DNA of 64,000 nucleotides, from the NCBI RefSeq assembly GCF_001194135.2, contig NC_069006.1, forward strand, positions 16,234,640 to 16,298,639, read 5' to 3'. Under the pieces are notes generated by a model. It searched no databases. It was not told the origin of the DNA and saw nothing but the letters and a program-made list of their open reading frames with translations. The position numbers and the translations under genes are program-made. Below are positions 40,689-54,199 of the stretch, piece after piece (the stretch's first letter is position 1; each line of letters begins with the position of its first letter). Source of the stretch: Octopus bimaculoides (lineage: Eukaryota).

Positions 40689-41726
40689 GTAAATAAGAAA
40701 ACTAAGAAAAACACAGCAAAGTAATTGGATGCCAACAAAGAATATATAGTTAAAGTAAAAGAAAACAAAAGAAAAATAATCATTCTATTTTTAGTGTATA
40801 AATAAATTACACGTGCACACATAACATACGTGAGTGTGTGTGTGTGTGTGTAATGTATATATAATACATATTATGCAACACATTGTTAACAAATATATCC
40901 AAATATCAAATTTAATGAAGGTGGAAGACAAGCAGAGACTGATTCTTGTTGATTTGTAATTTAAGACTGATGTTTTGTTCCTCCTCCAGGGCTGAAAGCA
41001 AAGATTGTAAATCAAAACTTTATACACAAAGTAATTAAAAAGTAAAACACTGGAATCCAAAGAAACCACTGTTTTGGTGTTGCTAAATCTTGATGCAAAG
41101 AGTTCAAGCGGTAGAATAAATTTTGTACCAAGAGGAAGAAGAGAAAGTCTTGTATTTTCAAGCAGAAACCGTTGTGGAAGAGAGATGAAAAGATGAAATA
41201 AGTTAAGTGATTGCTAGAACAAAACAATTACACAAGAGTCAAAATAGGTAAAAAAAACACAAGAAAAAAACAACAATGCGAGGACATGGTACATTGCAAA
41301 GTATTAATAAGGTGCTCAGGGAAGAAAGGAAAGGGTGCTTCATGTTTCAAGCAAAGCTCTTCTTCAGAAACAGGAAACAGAGGAAAGTCCAAAAGAAAAG
41401 GAAGGCAGGGGAAAAAAATTGCCAACAATCCACATATTATATACATATATATATATATANNNNNNNNNNNNNNNNNNNNNNNNNNNNNNNNNNNNNNNNN
41501 NNNNNNNNNNNNNNNNNNNNNNNNNNNCAGAGTATTTCTTTCTTTGGCAAAAGCTAAATTTTATCAGAATGTATTATTGCTGGCATCAATGAAGTAAACT
41601 CGTTAACCACTCAGAAATGCCTTGCATGCACCCACACATATATTATGTGTGGGTGTGTGTGTGTAAGAATATGTAGTGTGTTTGTATACAAAGAAAGAGA
41701 GGAAGAGGGAGAGAGAGAGACACAAA

Positions 41727-41768
<42 letters not shown>

Positions 41769-41949
41769 ACACATGTACATGTTTATAAAAATACACCTAT
41801 GCACACATATATACCTGTAATACCTGTGTGTGTGTATCTAGCTATCAATGCATACATACATGTATTCACAGACACACACATAAAAGGAGTGAGTTAAAAT
41901 TCCATAGTGTACCAAACGCAAACTATGAGCACACAAGAGGTGCAGTGGA

Positions 41950-42235
41950 ATCCCAGGAAGTAGACTGTATATGTGGCAAATGCACAGGAACAATAAACAT
42001 TAAGTGTGCACAGGAAATGGATTTTTACAAATGCCCAGGAGGATCCACAAACGTCATAGGTAACTTCTATTACCTAAGTAACAGAATTAGCGGTAGAGGA
42101 GGATGTTCTGAAAGTATAGCAGCTAGAGTGAGAACAAGCTGCAGAAAGTTCAGAGAGGTATTATCTCAGTTGGTAACAAAAGGCTTCTCTCCCAGAGTGG
42201 AAGGCAGATTCTATGATGCTTGTGAGATATGGACC
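41950..42235 (+). mobile_element. RTE LINE ORF2 relic
   Basis: FYYLSNRISGRGGCSESIAARVRTSCRKFREVLSQLVTKGFSPRVEGRFYDAC resembles the RTE F.YLG...GG...AR.R.GW.KFREL...KGRLY.AC pattern. Confidence 0.85.
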
Positions 42236-42942
42236 TTGAACACAAATGAAACTATAGCTCTGCAGGTATATTGTGTGTAAACACAAAGCTCCCCTTATGC
42301 AGTCTTCCCTACCATGCCTTCCCCACTACACCACATCTCCCTATTTATTGGTCTTCTCATGATAGTATCATGCTGCTGAAATTAAATAAGAGCAGAACTA
42401 CATATTTACCATCCTTTACTATGCTATCAGCAATCTCTCCCACTACCCAGAATCACTTCTCTACTCGCATTTTATACTGATCACCCTTCTGCACTAGCAG
42501 TTTACTCTCCCAATCTCTAACTAGCCCTTACTTTCCCCATACACTCTTGTAATGTCCACCCATCCACCCTTCCCAATCTTCTGTCATATATAGCCATATA
42601 TATCTCCTTTTCAACAAATGTACTTGTTCCTGTCCCTACTTTCATATTTTAACCTCTTAATGTCCAGCATAAAGCTGCTGCTTACTCTACTATACTTTCA
42701 TTCCATCAAGAGGAATCTTTAGTTTGGCAAATTACATAGAAACCTCACTAGTGCTGGTGCCATGAAAAGAAAAAATAATCAGTATACTCTTTAAAGTGAC
42801 TGGCTTTAGGAAGGGCATCAAGCCTCAGAAACCATGCCAACGCAGACACTGGAGTATGACGGAGTCCTCTGATTCATGGGATTTTGTTGAACCATCCAAT
42901 CCATGCCAGCACAGAAGATGAATATTAGATGATGATAAAGAG

Positions 42943-43010
<68 letters not shown>

Positions 43011-44220
43011 GCATACATACTCATATGAACAAAAACATATATACATACACATGCATATATAGAGGTTAGGCCAAAAACCATACACTAAGCTAAAAACTAA
43101 TTTAACATATCAAAATGAATAATAGCAACAACAATAATAATAATAATAATAACTTAATATAAATAAAATGTCAAAATGTTTTTGTGCGTGCCTTTGGGCC
43201 CACCCTGTACATAGACATGCACACACACACACACACGTGCGCGCACACACTCACACATTCATACATGTGTTTATGCATGTACACGCACGCACGCACGCAC
43301 ACATTTTGTAAATAGGCAGGTGTTGCCTTTTAATCAATGTAAAAATTAAAACGCTAATAACAAACTGTGGAAATCAATCATCTCAGCCTTGGCTTTCCCA
43401 CAACGCAAAAAAAACCTCTCCATATACATAAATGATGGACCAGCTGGGAACAGAGCTGTATTTATAAAAACTTTCAGCTATATGCACCAATGAGGGAGCT
43501 TCTCCTTTTTATGCATACACTTCATCAATATACATCAGCAAAATATATATATACACAGGAGTTGTTTTAGGAACTGATCTACATAAAATTTTCTGACCTT
43601 GAAGAGAATACATTTTTGTTTACAGAATTCAGAGTTTGGGAAAGAGCATCAAAAATAAATATTCTACCTTGTGTATCTAGTTGTATAGTTGTTTTCCTTC
43701 CCTTGTCTATGTAGCAATACATTTGTCCTGATAATTGCTGACCTCTGCAGAAGCAGAAAATATGAAAGCAAGTACAATAATGTGGAGTGACTTGGTGCTA
43801 AGCAACAATAGGCTCCATGTCAAGCCATCCAACCCATGCCAGCATGGTTAAAACAAACGTTAAATGATGATGATGATGATTGGATACTCATATGTGAAAA
43901 CTCTTTGGTCAAGATTCATTCCAGCCTGGAACTAAACCAGACTTTCTTACTCAAGGCCTTGATCTTATATTGTAAGTTCCGAATGTCATGTTAGCACCCA
44001 CCTGTAGTACATATACTATGGGTCAAGGTTAAAATTGGGTGTTGTTTCTGGAAGTTGACTGAAAGCACATATTCTCACTGGTTCAATGTGTAGAAAATTT
44101 CTTTCAAAGAAGTACCTGCAAGGAGTAACCCCCAAATCTGTTATCAAATCACACAATACAATCTTAGCAAAGGGCTATACCGAATGGTGATACTCCTGTG
44201 GATATAAACAAACATTGGAT

Positions 44221-44555
44221 ATTTCGTTTTTGGATTTGGTTTGCAAGATTTTTTATGTGATTTCGTGTATTGAAGCATATTCTGTTGTGTCTGGGGAGAG
44301 TCATTTTCTTATTGTGCCTTGAAATTTAACACACTCACCGTTAAAATTTCCACTTATTTCTTATTTTTATTTTCCTAAAATTTTCGTTGTGTCTTGCAAC
44401 CTTATCAATAGTTTTGACAGTCAAAACTATTGATAAGGTTGCAAGACACAACGAAAATTTTAGGAAAATAAAAATAAGAAATAAGTGGAAATTTTAACGG
44501 TGAGTGTGTTAAATTTCAAGGCACAATAAGAAAATGACTCTCCCCAGACACAACA
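44221..44555 (-). mobile_element. Fold-back insertion: perfect 136-bp-arm palindrome plus 62-nt tail, probably Penelope-like pLTR
   Basis: TSD aaacattggat at 44210-44220 and 44556-44566. 44283-44418 is the exact reverse complement of 44420-44555 with a 1-nt spacer. Tail is 44221-44282. Confidence 0.8.
44427..44463 (+). ncRNA. Putative hammerhead ribozyme with U3:A8 core variant (mirror copy at 44375-44411, minus strand)
   Basis: cta-TTGATAA-g-gttg(caagaca)caac-GAAA-A-TT-T-tag. Same topology as the 10.7-kb motif, with a 3-bp stem I and palindromic stem III aaaatttt. Confidence 0.5.
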
Positions 44556-44696
44556 AAACATTGGATAGTCATGTGAAAACTCTTTGGTCAAAGTTTGGTT
44601 TAACCTGGGGCTAAACCAAACTATTTACACAAGTGTTTGATCTTATATTTTAAGTCCTGAATATCAGGTTAGAACCTTCCTGCAGTACTTACAGGG

Positions 44697-44917
44697 TAGG
44701 GGTGGGTACTCAAAAGTTCCTGGTTTCAAAGATATTGTAAAAGACCTGGTTGGAGGCCCAACCTTCCAAGATCTTTCACAGGGCTTAGAAAAACTCAAGG
44801 ACTACTGCAATAAGTGTGTGAATATAAGAGGGGGATATGTTGAATAAAACCATAATTAACTGATCCTCCTGTATTTTCTTTTACCTGAAACCAGGAACTT
44901 TTCAGCACACCCTCATA
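44697..44917 (+). mobile_element. Mariner-derived MITE, same family
   Basis: TIRs and the GLEKLKDYCNKCVNIRGGYVE* remnant. Confidence 0.8.
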
Positions 44918-45352
44918 TACAATGGTCAAGGCTGAAATTGGGTGCTGTTTCTAGCAGGTCGACTGATAGCATATAATATTCTCACTGGTTTGATGTGTAG
45001 AAATTTTCTTTCAAAGAGAGAGGCAGCTGGTGTTTCAAGCACAAGTTAAATGACTCTATGAAAAACTGCTCCCACCCTCACATCCAACCTGCCCTGCTCT
45101 ACATCTATCAGCTCATTTATTGTCTGTTTTTAGAAGCCAGCAAGTCAATTTAACTCATCGTGTAGAGTTGGCATAAATAAATGAATAGCAGGTCTTTAAA
45201 CTTTTAAATAACCCAATAAACTTTATCCTTTCCAACAAATGTATGCTGGTAAAAATTTCTTTGGAAACGCTTCAGAATTATTATTGACTCAAAGTCTTCA
45301 AAGGAAAACAATGAAGTAAAAAAGCTACATCATCATCATCATCATCATCATC

Positions 45353-45383
<31 letters not shown>

Positions 45384-45544
45384 TAATAATCATCATCTAA
45401 TGTCCATTTGAGAGAGAGAGAGATTTCATCACAGGAATGAATAACAAAGATGAAATTATCATTCGCCAATGTTATTTCAATATTTCATTATCATGTAGAA
45501 ACTTTTGAAAGAATACATATATCAATATATGTATGTGGATGTAT

Positions 45545-45602
<58 letters not shown>

Positions 45603-46169
45603 TGTGTGCATACACATATACCAGTGGGAGGAGAGGTAGGTTGATAAAGAGCTAAAAGCAAGCACAATTGATATTTCCCAGTAACAGCTTTAGAGCCAAT
45701 AATTCTGTAGTTTATGCCCCAATTGGGGTTAAATTAACCTTCCATCTCACAAAGATCAATCAAAAGGGAAATGGACCACCAACTTGAAGGATGCTTTGCA
45801 TACATAAAATTGGCACAGAGTCACATTTGTTTGAGTCAAATAGCCTGTTTGGTTATTGGCTATCAATGGTCAGTGGATTCATGTTTCATTACCAGTATGA
45901 TGCTGTCAACATGACAGCATCATACAGCAGGTTACTCTCAAAGGTGGAGACCTAAATATATATATATCAACAAAGGAAATATATATTAGTGGTTCTCAGA
46001 CGTTTGTAACTATAACCTCTCTTTTTTGCCAAGCACATATTCCCCATTTTGAATGCACAGACATGTAATATAAAACCTGAGTAGTGACGGTGTGTGACAT
46101 AATGGTTAGGGCATTCGGCTCCTGATCATAATGTCAGGAGTTCAATTCCCTGCTGCATGTCGTGTCCTT

Positions 46170-46450
46170 GAGCCAAAGCATGCTCAATGTCTCTGTAGCA
46201 GACTTCCCAAGTTTAATGCAAATTTTCACGTTGGCTTGTTGTTCCAACTTCCTGTCCATGACAAAAAAAAATCAACAGACTACAGCATACGTGTGATCAT
46301 AAAATCACAAATTTCCCAACTTACAAAGTAAAGACAGCAATGTCATTTGGCACACTGCCTCATGAAGGTCACTGCTAGCTCTCACTGTGCTGCCATCTGT
46401 TGGTGCACTATAGAACTAGTCCAGGAAGCTTTTGATACCACCTCATACAC
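46170..46450 (-). mobile_element. Mariner left end with transposase N-terminus
   Basis: KLEQQANVKICIKLGKSATETLSML resembles the mariner EQR..IKFC.KLGKSATET..ML pattern. Confidence 0.8.
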
Positions 46451-46999
46451 AAATTCATGCACTTTCTCTATATCACACACACTCTCTCTCTATATATATA
46501 TTACATACTTTCTCTCTTTCTTCATATTACACTCTCACTCTCTCTCTCTCTCTCTCTCATTCTAAAGTATAAAAATTTATCTTAGAAGAAACAAAAAAAG
46601 GTAAAGAAGAAAAAGTGTGATGATGGTCACAATGGTGAAGTAGTGATAGAAGCACTGGTGGCGGTGGTGGTGGTGGCTGAAGTAGCAGCAGCAGCAGTAG
46701 CAGTAGTAGTAGTAGTAATTATGCAACAACAGCCTAGTCTAATCAGATGTCTGCAAGCAGCAATAATTATTAAAGCTTGCTTCTTAAGTGGCCTTTTTTT
46801 TCCCCCCTTCAGCAAACTGATTCTAAATTTACAAAAAAAAAATTTTTTAGTAAAAAAAAAAAAATGAAAAAAAAAAATAAATAAAAGGCATTAATCATTA
46901 TTTCATTAATTTTTCAACTCAGACTTTCACCAACATTGCTAAACCTATCAACAGTTTCTCGGTCAGAGAAGAGAGAGAAATAAAATCATAATTTTCCAA

Positions 47000-47615
47000 A
47001 TTAGGCACAAAGCCAGCAGTTTGGTGGGTAGGGGGTAAGATGATTATGCCAATTCCAGTATTTGATTGATATTTTAGCGACCTCGGAGAGTTGAAAGGTA
47101 AAGTTGATGTCATCAGGACTTGAACTCAAATTGTCAAAAAAAAACAGAAGAAATATCATAAGGCTTATCTAATGCTTTAACAATTTGGCCAATAAATAAC
47201 CATTTCTAATTTAGGCACCCAGCCAGCAATTATATAAGGCAAGGGGTTAGCCAATTAGATCAGCCACTTGACCTTGCAGGTGCTCTGTTTAATCAACACT
47301 GTACGGGAAAAAGGCAAATGTGACCCATGTAGGATTTTTAATTCGGAACGTGAAGAGCCAGCTCTAATGATTCTGCCAATAATAATAATAATAACAATAA
47401 TAATCCTTTCTACTAAAGGCACAAGACCTGAAATTTGCGGGAGGGGGACTAGTCAATTACAACAATCCCAGTGTTTCACTGAAAGGATGGAAGGCAAAGT
47501 TGACCTTGGCAGAATTTGAACTCAGAATGTAGCAACAGGTGAAATACCACTAAGCATTTCGCCCAGCATGCTAACAATTCTGCCAGCTCGCCCCCACCTT
47601 ACTAATACTAATACT

Positions 47616-47648
<33 letters not shown>

Positions 47649-47980
47649 CTTTTCTACTCTAGGCGCAAGGCCCAAAATTTATGGGGAGTGGGGCAGTTGA
47701 TTACATTGACCCCCACCCCCCACCCCAGTATGCAAATGGTACTTAATTTATTGACCCCAAAAGGATGAAAGGCAAATAATAATAATGATAATAATGATAA
47801 TAATGATTTCAANNNNNNNNNNTTACATCAATGTCAGGACTCAACTGGTACTTATTTTATCAACTCCAAAAAGGATGAAAAGGCAAAGTCAACCTCACCA
47901 GAATTTGAACACAGGACGCGAAAGACAGACAAAATGCCGCTAAGCGTGCTAATGATTCTGCCAGCTCACTACCTTAAATA
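47000..47980 (-). mobile_element. Cluster of family B SINE copies and fragments separated by (TAA)n
   Basis: At least four same-orientation copies or fragments. Confidence 0.75.
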
Positions 47981-49610
47981 ATAATAATAATAATAATAAT
48001 ATCATCATCATCATCATCATCATGGTGGTGGTGGTGGTGGTGGTGGCAGTGACACTATCTCACCAGTGTATGCTAATCTGTCACAAGGTTACCCGTTTAC
48101 AGCTGTGTGGACTGGAGCAATGTGAAATGAAGTGATTTGCTCAAGAACTCAACTGGTCAAGGAAACAAAACCATGACCTCGCAATCATGAGTGCAACACC
48201 TTGCTCATTAGGTCACATGACTTCACAACAAGCACAAAAGAAAATACGAGTGCCACTCTCTTTCCTTCGTCTCTCTCTTTCACACACACACGTTCTTTTT
48301 TTTTTTTTATAACCCATTCAGCCCTTCCTAACATGAAAAGCATTTGTAAAATATTGAAGATGACATTCCATTTGTTGATCATCATAGAAGTGGTAAATGA
48401 TAATGGAAAGTAAGCTCTTCTTACTTAACCTATAGAGCCAATGTGTATATGAACTTACAATGAGAGAGGGGGGGGGGACCTTAGACTAGCAACAGCAACA
48501 ATGGCAGTTGCTGTGCCTACTGAAAAATCAGAAGTACATAATGTTGTAAGTAGGAGAGACATGGAGGAGAATCCATAACTAAACAAACATCCAAGCCACA
48601 TCTGCAATACAGATATCAACAAACAAGGAAGTAACCATATAATGTAACATCATACAGTTACATGAAGCAATCAACAGGGGTCCTTCTGGGCATTGTCAAT
48701 AAGAGAAAATCTCATTGCTGAGAGGAAGCTCCCCCCCCCCCTTCCATCAGCCATCTCCAGCAATCAACACTGTGGGAGTAAGGCAAGACACATATAAAGG
48801 TATTGAATAACCTTAACTGCACTGGAGCATGACACATATATTTAGAAGTGGCATTGAGATAGCTCTGCAGTCATGATATATCCTCTGCATGTATTTCAAT
48901 GAAAATGATGATATATCTACCAGAAACATTCTCTATATCAACCCACAGACATCTAATAATATTTCAGTCTGCATTTCATCAAATCAAAAGCATCTGTTTT
49001 CCCACTCATTGTATTTTCATTACATTAATAAAACTCCTCGAGGGGCACTCTTAGTTCTGCACACTATCTTTTCAAATTCTTCTTCTCGGAGAGTCACACA
49101 AAATGCCTTGCAGTATCTCTACCAGTTCTATATTTTCCAAATTCAATTCTTGTTGAACTCAATTTTGCCATTCATCCTTCTGGAGTCAATAAAATAAGTA
49201 TCAATCAAGAACTGGGGTTAGTTTAACCTTTTAGCATTTGGACCAGCCACATCTGGTCCACCTATCTAACTAACTAAAGTATAATGGGCAAACGAACAAG
49301 CAGATTATTATATAGACTATTATTATTTTCTCTTTATCACAGGTTTTGTTGGAGCTCCTGGAGTCTTGCATGCATAGCAGGCTCACTACCTGCAGCCTAC
49401 AGTACCATGCTTTTCGTTCTTTTCAGCTATATAATACTTTCTTGATTATTCTGGCTGTGCCAGGGAGGCAAGTGAGAGAACAATGCATGCCATCAAAATG
49501 ACACTGGGGTACAAATATATGAAACCCAATATACCCATCGTGATTACCCGTCTGATAAGGGTACACCAGGTACATACATCACAACCATATGTGCACAACA
49601 ACATGGTGAC

Positions 49611-49662
49611 CTGCAAGGTCATGCACTGGTATATCAAGATATACCAGTGCATGACCTTGCAG
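49611..49662. repeat. Perfect 25-bp hairpin with 2-nt loop
   Basis: ctgcaaggtcatgcactggtatatc-aa-gatataccagtgcatgaccttgcag. Confidence 0.95.
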
Positions 49663-50245
49663 ATGGAGCCCAGTTAGAATTTTTTTCAGGTTGAGAAGCC
49701 CACTCTGCTCAAAAGGTCCCTAAAGGAGGGTTGTTTAAGGATGATGAACGAAACACCCATGCTTCTAGGGGTGAATTATTGAAACCCCAAAGAATTCAGA
49801 ATTCCTCTCAACACATAGCTACGATACACACTGCCACTACTTCTGCTCATGATCAGAGATGCACATATCATCAGTCACTAAGGAACATGTTCAACTGATT
49901 ACAATCAAGCAACTGCCAAGCAAATCTGTAGTATTGAGCAGAATATTTGCTTCCAATCAGTTAAGATCAGAAGCCATATTATTTATGTTGCTTGCTACTG
50001 ACCAACAACTTATCGACTGAAATGAGGAACATTTTCATATCAGCTCTTGTTTTATACTGAAGACTTACTAAATAAACCCTGCTGAACTTCATAAATGCTT
50101 TCTATACTGCACTCACTGACAGATTAAGATCGTATCAGATTGAGGAAGCATGTTTCTGTGTAATATAAGCTGCTGCTTTGTCTTCCTGTTGTCATCCTTC
50201 AGCTCATCCTTCCTCCACCCAATAATTTCAACTCTATACATTATT

Positions 50246-50629
50246 GTGGAGGCGCAATGGCCCAGTGGTTAGGGCAGCGGACTCGCGGTCATAGGATCGC
50301 GGTTTCGATTCCTAGACCAGGCGTTGTGAGTGTTTATTGAGCGAAAACACCTAAAGCTCCATGAGGCTCCGGCAGGAGATGGTGGCGAACCCTGCTGTAC
50401 TCTTTCACCACAACTTTCTCTCACCCTTTCTTCCTGTTTCTGTTGTGCCTGTAATTCAAAAGGTCAGCCTTGTCACACTGTGTCACGCTGAATATCCCCG
50501 AGAACTACGTTAAGGGTACACGTGTCTGTGGAGTGCTCAGCCACTTGCACGTTAATTTCACGAGCAGGCTGTTCCGTTGATCGGATCAACTGGAACCGTC
50601 GTCGTCGTAAGCAACGGAGTGCCAACAAC
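50246..50629 (+). mobile_element. Family D tRNA-derived SINE, (CAA)n tail
   Basis: A box tggcccagtggtt and B-box-like gtttcgattcc. TSD atacattatt at 50236-50245 and 50630-50639. Confidence 0.9.
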
Positions 50630-50699
50630 ATACATTATTAGTGATATCTACCTAAAGTTGTTTGTATAATGTTCCCCATTCTGGGAAAATATCATTTAG

Positions 50700-50990
50700 T
50701 AAAAGATTCCTTCATTTCTTTAAATTTCATTTTGACATTTTCCAGTGTTCCTAGACATTTGTACGGTTCTTTCTATATTTAGTGATTTTATTCCAGTACC
50801 TTTTATGGATTTCTCTAACTTCACTTCTATTAAAGAATATTCCCCAATTCTGAATGTCATCCCAATGTCGTTACTAAATATTCTTGTAGTTTGCATCAAG
50901 GCATCCAGCAGGTGCTTGTGTTTACCGAAAAGCTTTAAATGATCAATCCATAAATAGGAAACGATCCCCTTTCCCCCTATTCTTTCCCAG
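50700..50990 (-). mobile_element. R4/Dong-like RT relic
   Basis: SYLWIDHLKLFGKHKHLLDALMQTTRIFSNDIGMTF resembles HLLFMDDIKLF...L..L...VRIFS.DIGM.F. Confidence 0.75.
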
Positions 50991-51486
50991 TGAGTATTCT
51001 TTCTTATTTTTATTTATTCATTTATCTTTTTCTTTGTATAATCAAAACAGAGAACATTGCAATTACACTGCTGCCACCGCCACCAGCAGCAGCACTACCA
51101 CCACCACCACCATCATCATTATCACCATTGTTATAAACATTTAATAAAGCAGCCAGAAAACTTTATTGTTTATAGATGAGACGCCACATCATTTTTTTTT
51201 CTGATCACTGTTTGGTCTAATGTTTTCACTTCTGCATAAAAATATCAACATTGTTTGAGACATCATCCATTTTCATGCAGCAGCAGCAACGGAAGTATTT
51301 GAAAGAGAGAAAAGAGAAGAAAAGGAAGGACAGAGACCTGGAAGTAAGAAAAGACAGGGAAGAGAGAGAGAGAGAGAAAAGAGAAAATAGGCAGGAAAAA
51401 AGAATGGAAAAGAGAAACGTGGAAGGAAAGAAAGACGGAAAAAGACAAGAAGAGATGAGAGAGCGGGGGAAAGGCACAAAGAGAGA

Positions 51487-51524
<38 letters not shown>

Positions 51525-51784
51525 TACATACATACATACACACATACTTCCTAGCAGCTATTTTCATATTTCATGAGTTGTTGTTAATACTTAATTCCAG
51601 GCTGCATCTGCTGACCTGAGCAACTGCATCTTGCGATATAGTTTTGAAACTATAACTGCTGCAGTGGTCAGTATGAGGATGTAAACCTTTTTTTTTTTTT
51701 TGCAAGTCTGCAGTTGCTACCAGCCTACTGGTTTGCTCCTACCAATTTAAAAACAATGTTGCACCCTCTAGATGTCACCCCGGC

Positions 51785-52120
51785 CTACAAATTTTGGCAC
51801 AAAGCCAGCTACTTTGGGGGCAAGTGGTAAGTCAATTACATTAACCCCCAGTGCTCATTTTATCAACCCTGAAAGGATGAAAGGTAAAGCAGATCTCAAT
51901 GGAATTTGAACTGAGAATTTTGCTATATGGCCAGTAATTTTGGGGGTAGGTGGCAAAGTTGATTACATTGACCCCAGTGCTTGACTGGTGCTTACATAAT
52001 CGACCCCCAAAAGGGTGAAAGGCAAATCAATCTCAGCAGAAATGAAACCCAGAAAGTAAAAACAGACAAAATGCTACTAAGCCTTTTTGCCTGGCACTGT
52101 AACAATTCTGCCAGCTCACT
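51785..52120 (-). mobile_element. Two diverged family B SINEs
   Basis: Direct similarity to family B. Confidence 0.7.
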
Positions 52121-52192
52121 GCAGCAGCAGCAGCAGCAGTAGTAGTAGTGGTGGTGGTGGTGGTGGTGGTGGTGGTGGTGGTGGTAGTAGTG

Positions 52193-52230
<38 letters not shown>

Positions 52231-53204
52231 NNNNNNNNNNTAGCAGCAACAACAGCAGTGCTGTATGTACTGAATGAAGTACTTTCTATATGATAATAGA
52301 AAAAAAAAAAAAAAAAAAACAAATATAAAACACTGCATGTACCCAAGACACAGATCTGCACTAAGTTGTACCAGTGAAATATATATAACAACAACAATAT
52401 TTACAATAATAATAATAAAACAATACAACTGTGCAAACAAAGGTATCAAACATCTTGCTCTTCAGCTAGTTCTCTTGTTGCTCATTAATAATGCAAGAAT
52501 ACTCATATTCACCACAATCATTTCCAGTGAAACACTTCAACTGCCATTCGGTTTCAGTCGATTATGAAGCTATAGCCCTGTCACATCTTGAAAATGTAAT
52601 TTTCTATTCAATCTTCCGTTTGTTCTCTCTCTCTGATCTCATCTACTTAACACAATGCCGCCCCTTATGAGGAGCCATGCGAGTATAAGAGGTGGATGTA
52701 ATAACATTAAAGATTTTGTCCTTTCCTATCTTAGCTACAAAACAAAATAAGACCAAACACTTTCATAGTCATTGCATAATTGTTAATACTTAACTCTAAG
52801 GTATATTAATAACATACCTTTTCTTTGTTTTGTTTTTTTTTGTCTATGTCTGTCGATGTAATCATGGTTGTGTGTTTCATTCACTCACTCAATGTCCTAC
52901 TAACACAGGTTAGACAGAGAGTTATTTGAGGTAGGATTTACAGCCAGATGCTTATCCTGAAGTCAACTGTTACCTCAGCCAGCTGTAAAACAATGCCTCA
53001 ATATAAAATAATAATAATCATAGAATTGTCTAACCCATGAAATGGACATAAAAACCATCATGTCAACCAAATCAACTCACAAGGCTCTGGTCAGCCTGAG
53101 GTTATAGGAGAAAGTAATTGCAGTGGGACTGAACCTGGAACCATGTGGTTGGGAAACAAGCTTCTTACCGCACAGTCATGTCTGCGCCTGTTTTATATAT
53201 ATAT

Positions 53205-53427
53205 ATATATATTGCCAGTACAGCCTGACTGGCCTTCTTGCGGGTGACACGTAAAAGCACCCACTACACTCTCTGAGTGGTTGGCGTTAGGAAGGGCATC
53301 CAGCTGTAGAAACCCTGCCAGATCAGATTGGAGCTTGGTGTAGCCATCTGGTTTCACCAGTCCTCAGTCAAATCGTCCAACCCATGCTAGCATGGAAAGC
53401 GGACGTTAAACGATGATGATGATGATG

Positions 53428-53430
<3 letters not shown>
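53205..53430 (+). mobile_element. Family C element
   Basis: High similarity to other family C copies, with (GAT)n tail. Confidence 0.8.
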
Positions 53431-53486
<56 letters not shown>

Positions 53487-53911
53487 AGGGATACACACAT
53501 ATACAGAATATATAATGTGTGTGTGTTTGTGTGTGTGTGCAGGATATGCATGCATATATTTATACAAGCCTGCTTAGAGATTTATTTTCTCCTTCACTGT
53601 ATTTCACAACAAAAGTTGCCCACACATGCTTTGCCCACAGTAAATTGCAAAAGATCCAACAACAGTGCTTCCTGTTTATATAAGGCTTTCAAACTCACAC
53701 AGAAAAAAAAAAAACCATTCAAGTCCCACAATAAAGCACAACAGGCATCTAATGCAGTGCAATGCCACTATCAACATCACCATCACCATCACCATCACCG
53801 CCACCACTTGAGGAGGAGGTGGAAGGGGAGGAGGCATGATGCATTAAATGAGATACTGTTGAATATAACATTTTATAAATAAATAAAAATAGCAAGTAGA
53901 TATATAAAATA

Positions 53912-53948
<37 letters not shown>

Positions 53949-54199
53949 GTGGAATAAATGAGTAAATAAATTGTCAGCTGCAAAGCACCGTCTACTGCAT
54001 ATTAACAATGCAACATGCTGCAGCAGCTGCTGGTGTTTTTGATATTATTGTTCCTGTTAGGATACAGACATGCAATACTATCTGACTGTAGGCATTGTTC
54101 ATTCAGCACCAGAGCCTGCAATAACTTTGAAGGCTTTCAGTAAGGATATGGCCCAGATAACAATAACAACTACGTCTGATTTAAGCACAGAGCCAACAA

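Noticed and set aside
45890-45950. Minus-strand VSTFESNLLYDAVMLTASYW resembling receptor ligand-binding domains
   Set aside because: Weak acceptor, overlaps a small hairpin, and no compatible neighbouring exons were found.
50246-50320. tRNA genes at family D heads
   Set aside because: A and B boxes are present, but each continues into a SINE body bounded by TSDs.
52120-52250. Poly-S/G or poly-T/P repeat protein
   Set aside because: Compound (AGC)(AGT)(GGT) microsatellite adjoining a SINE, with a gap.
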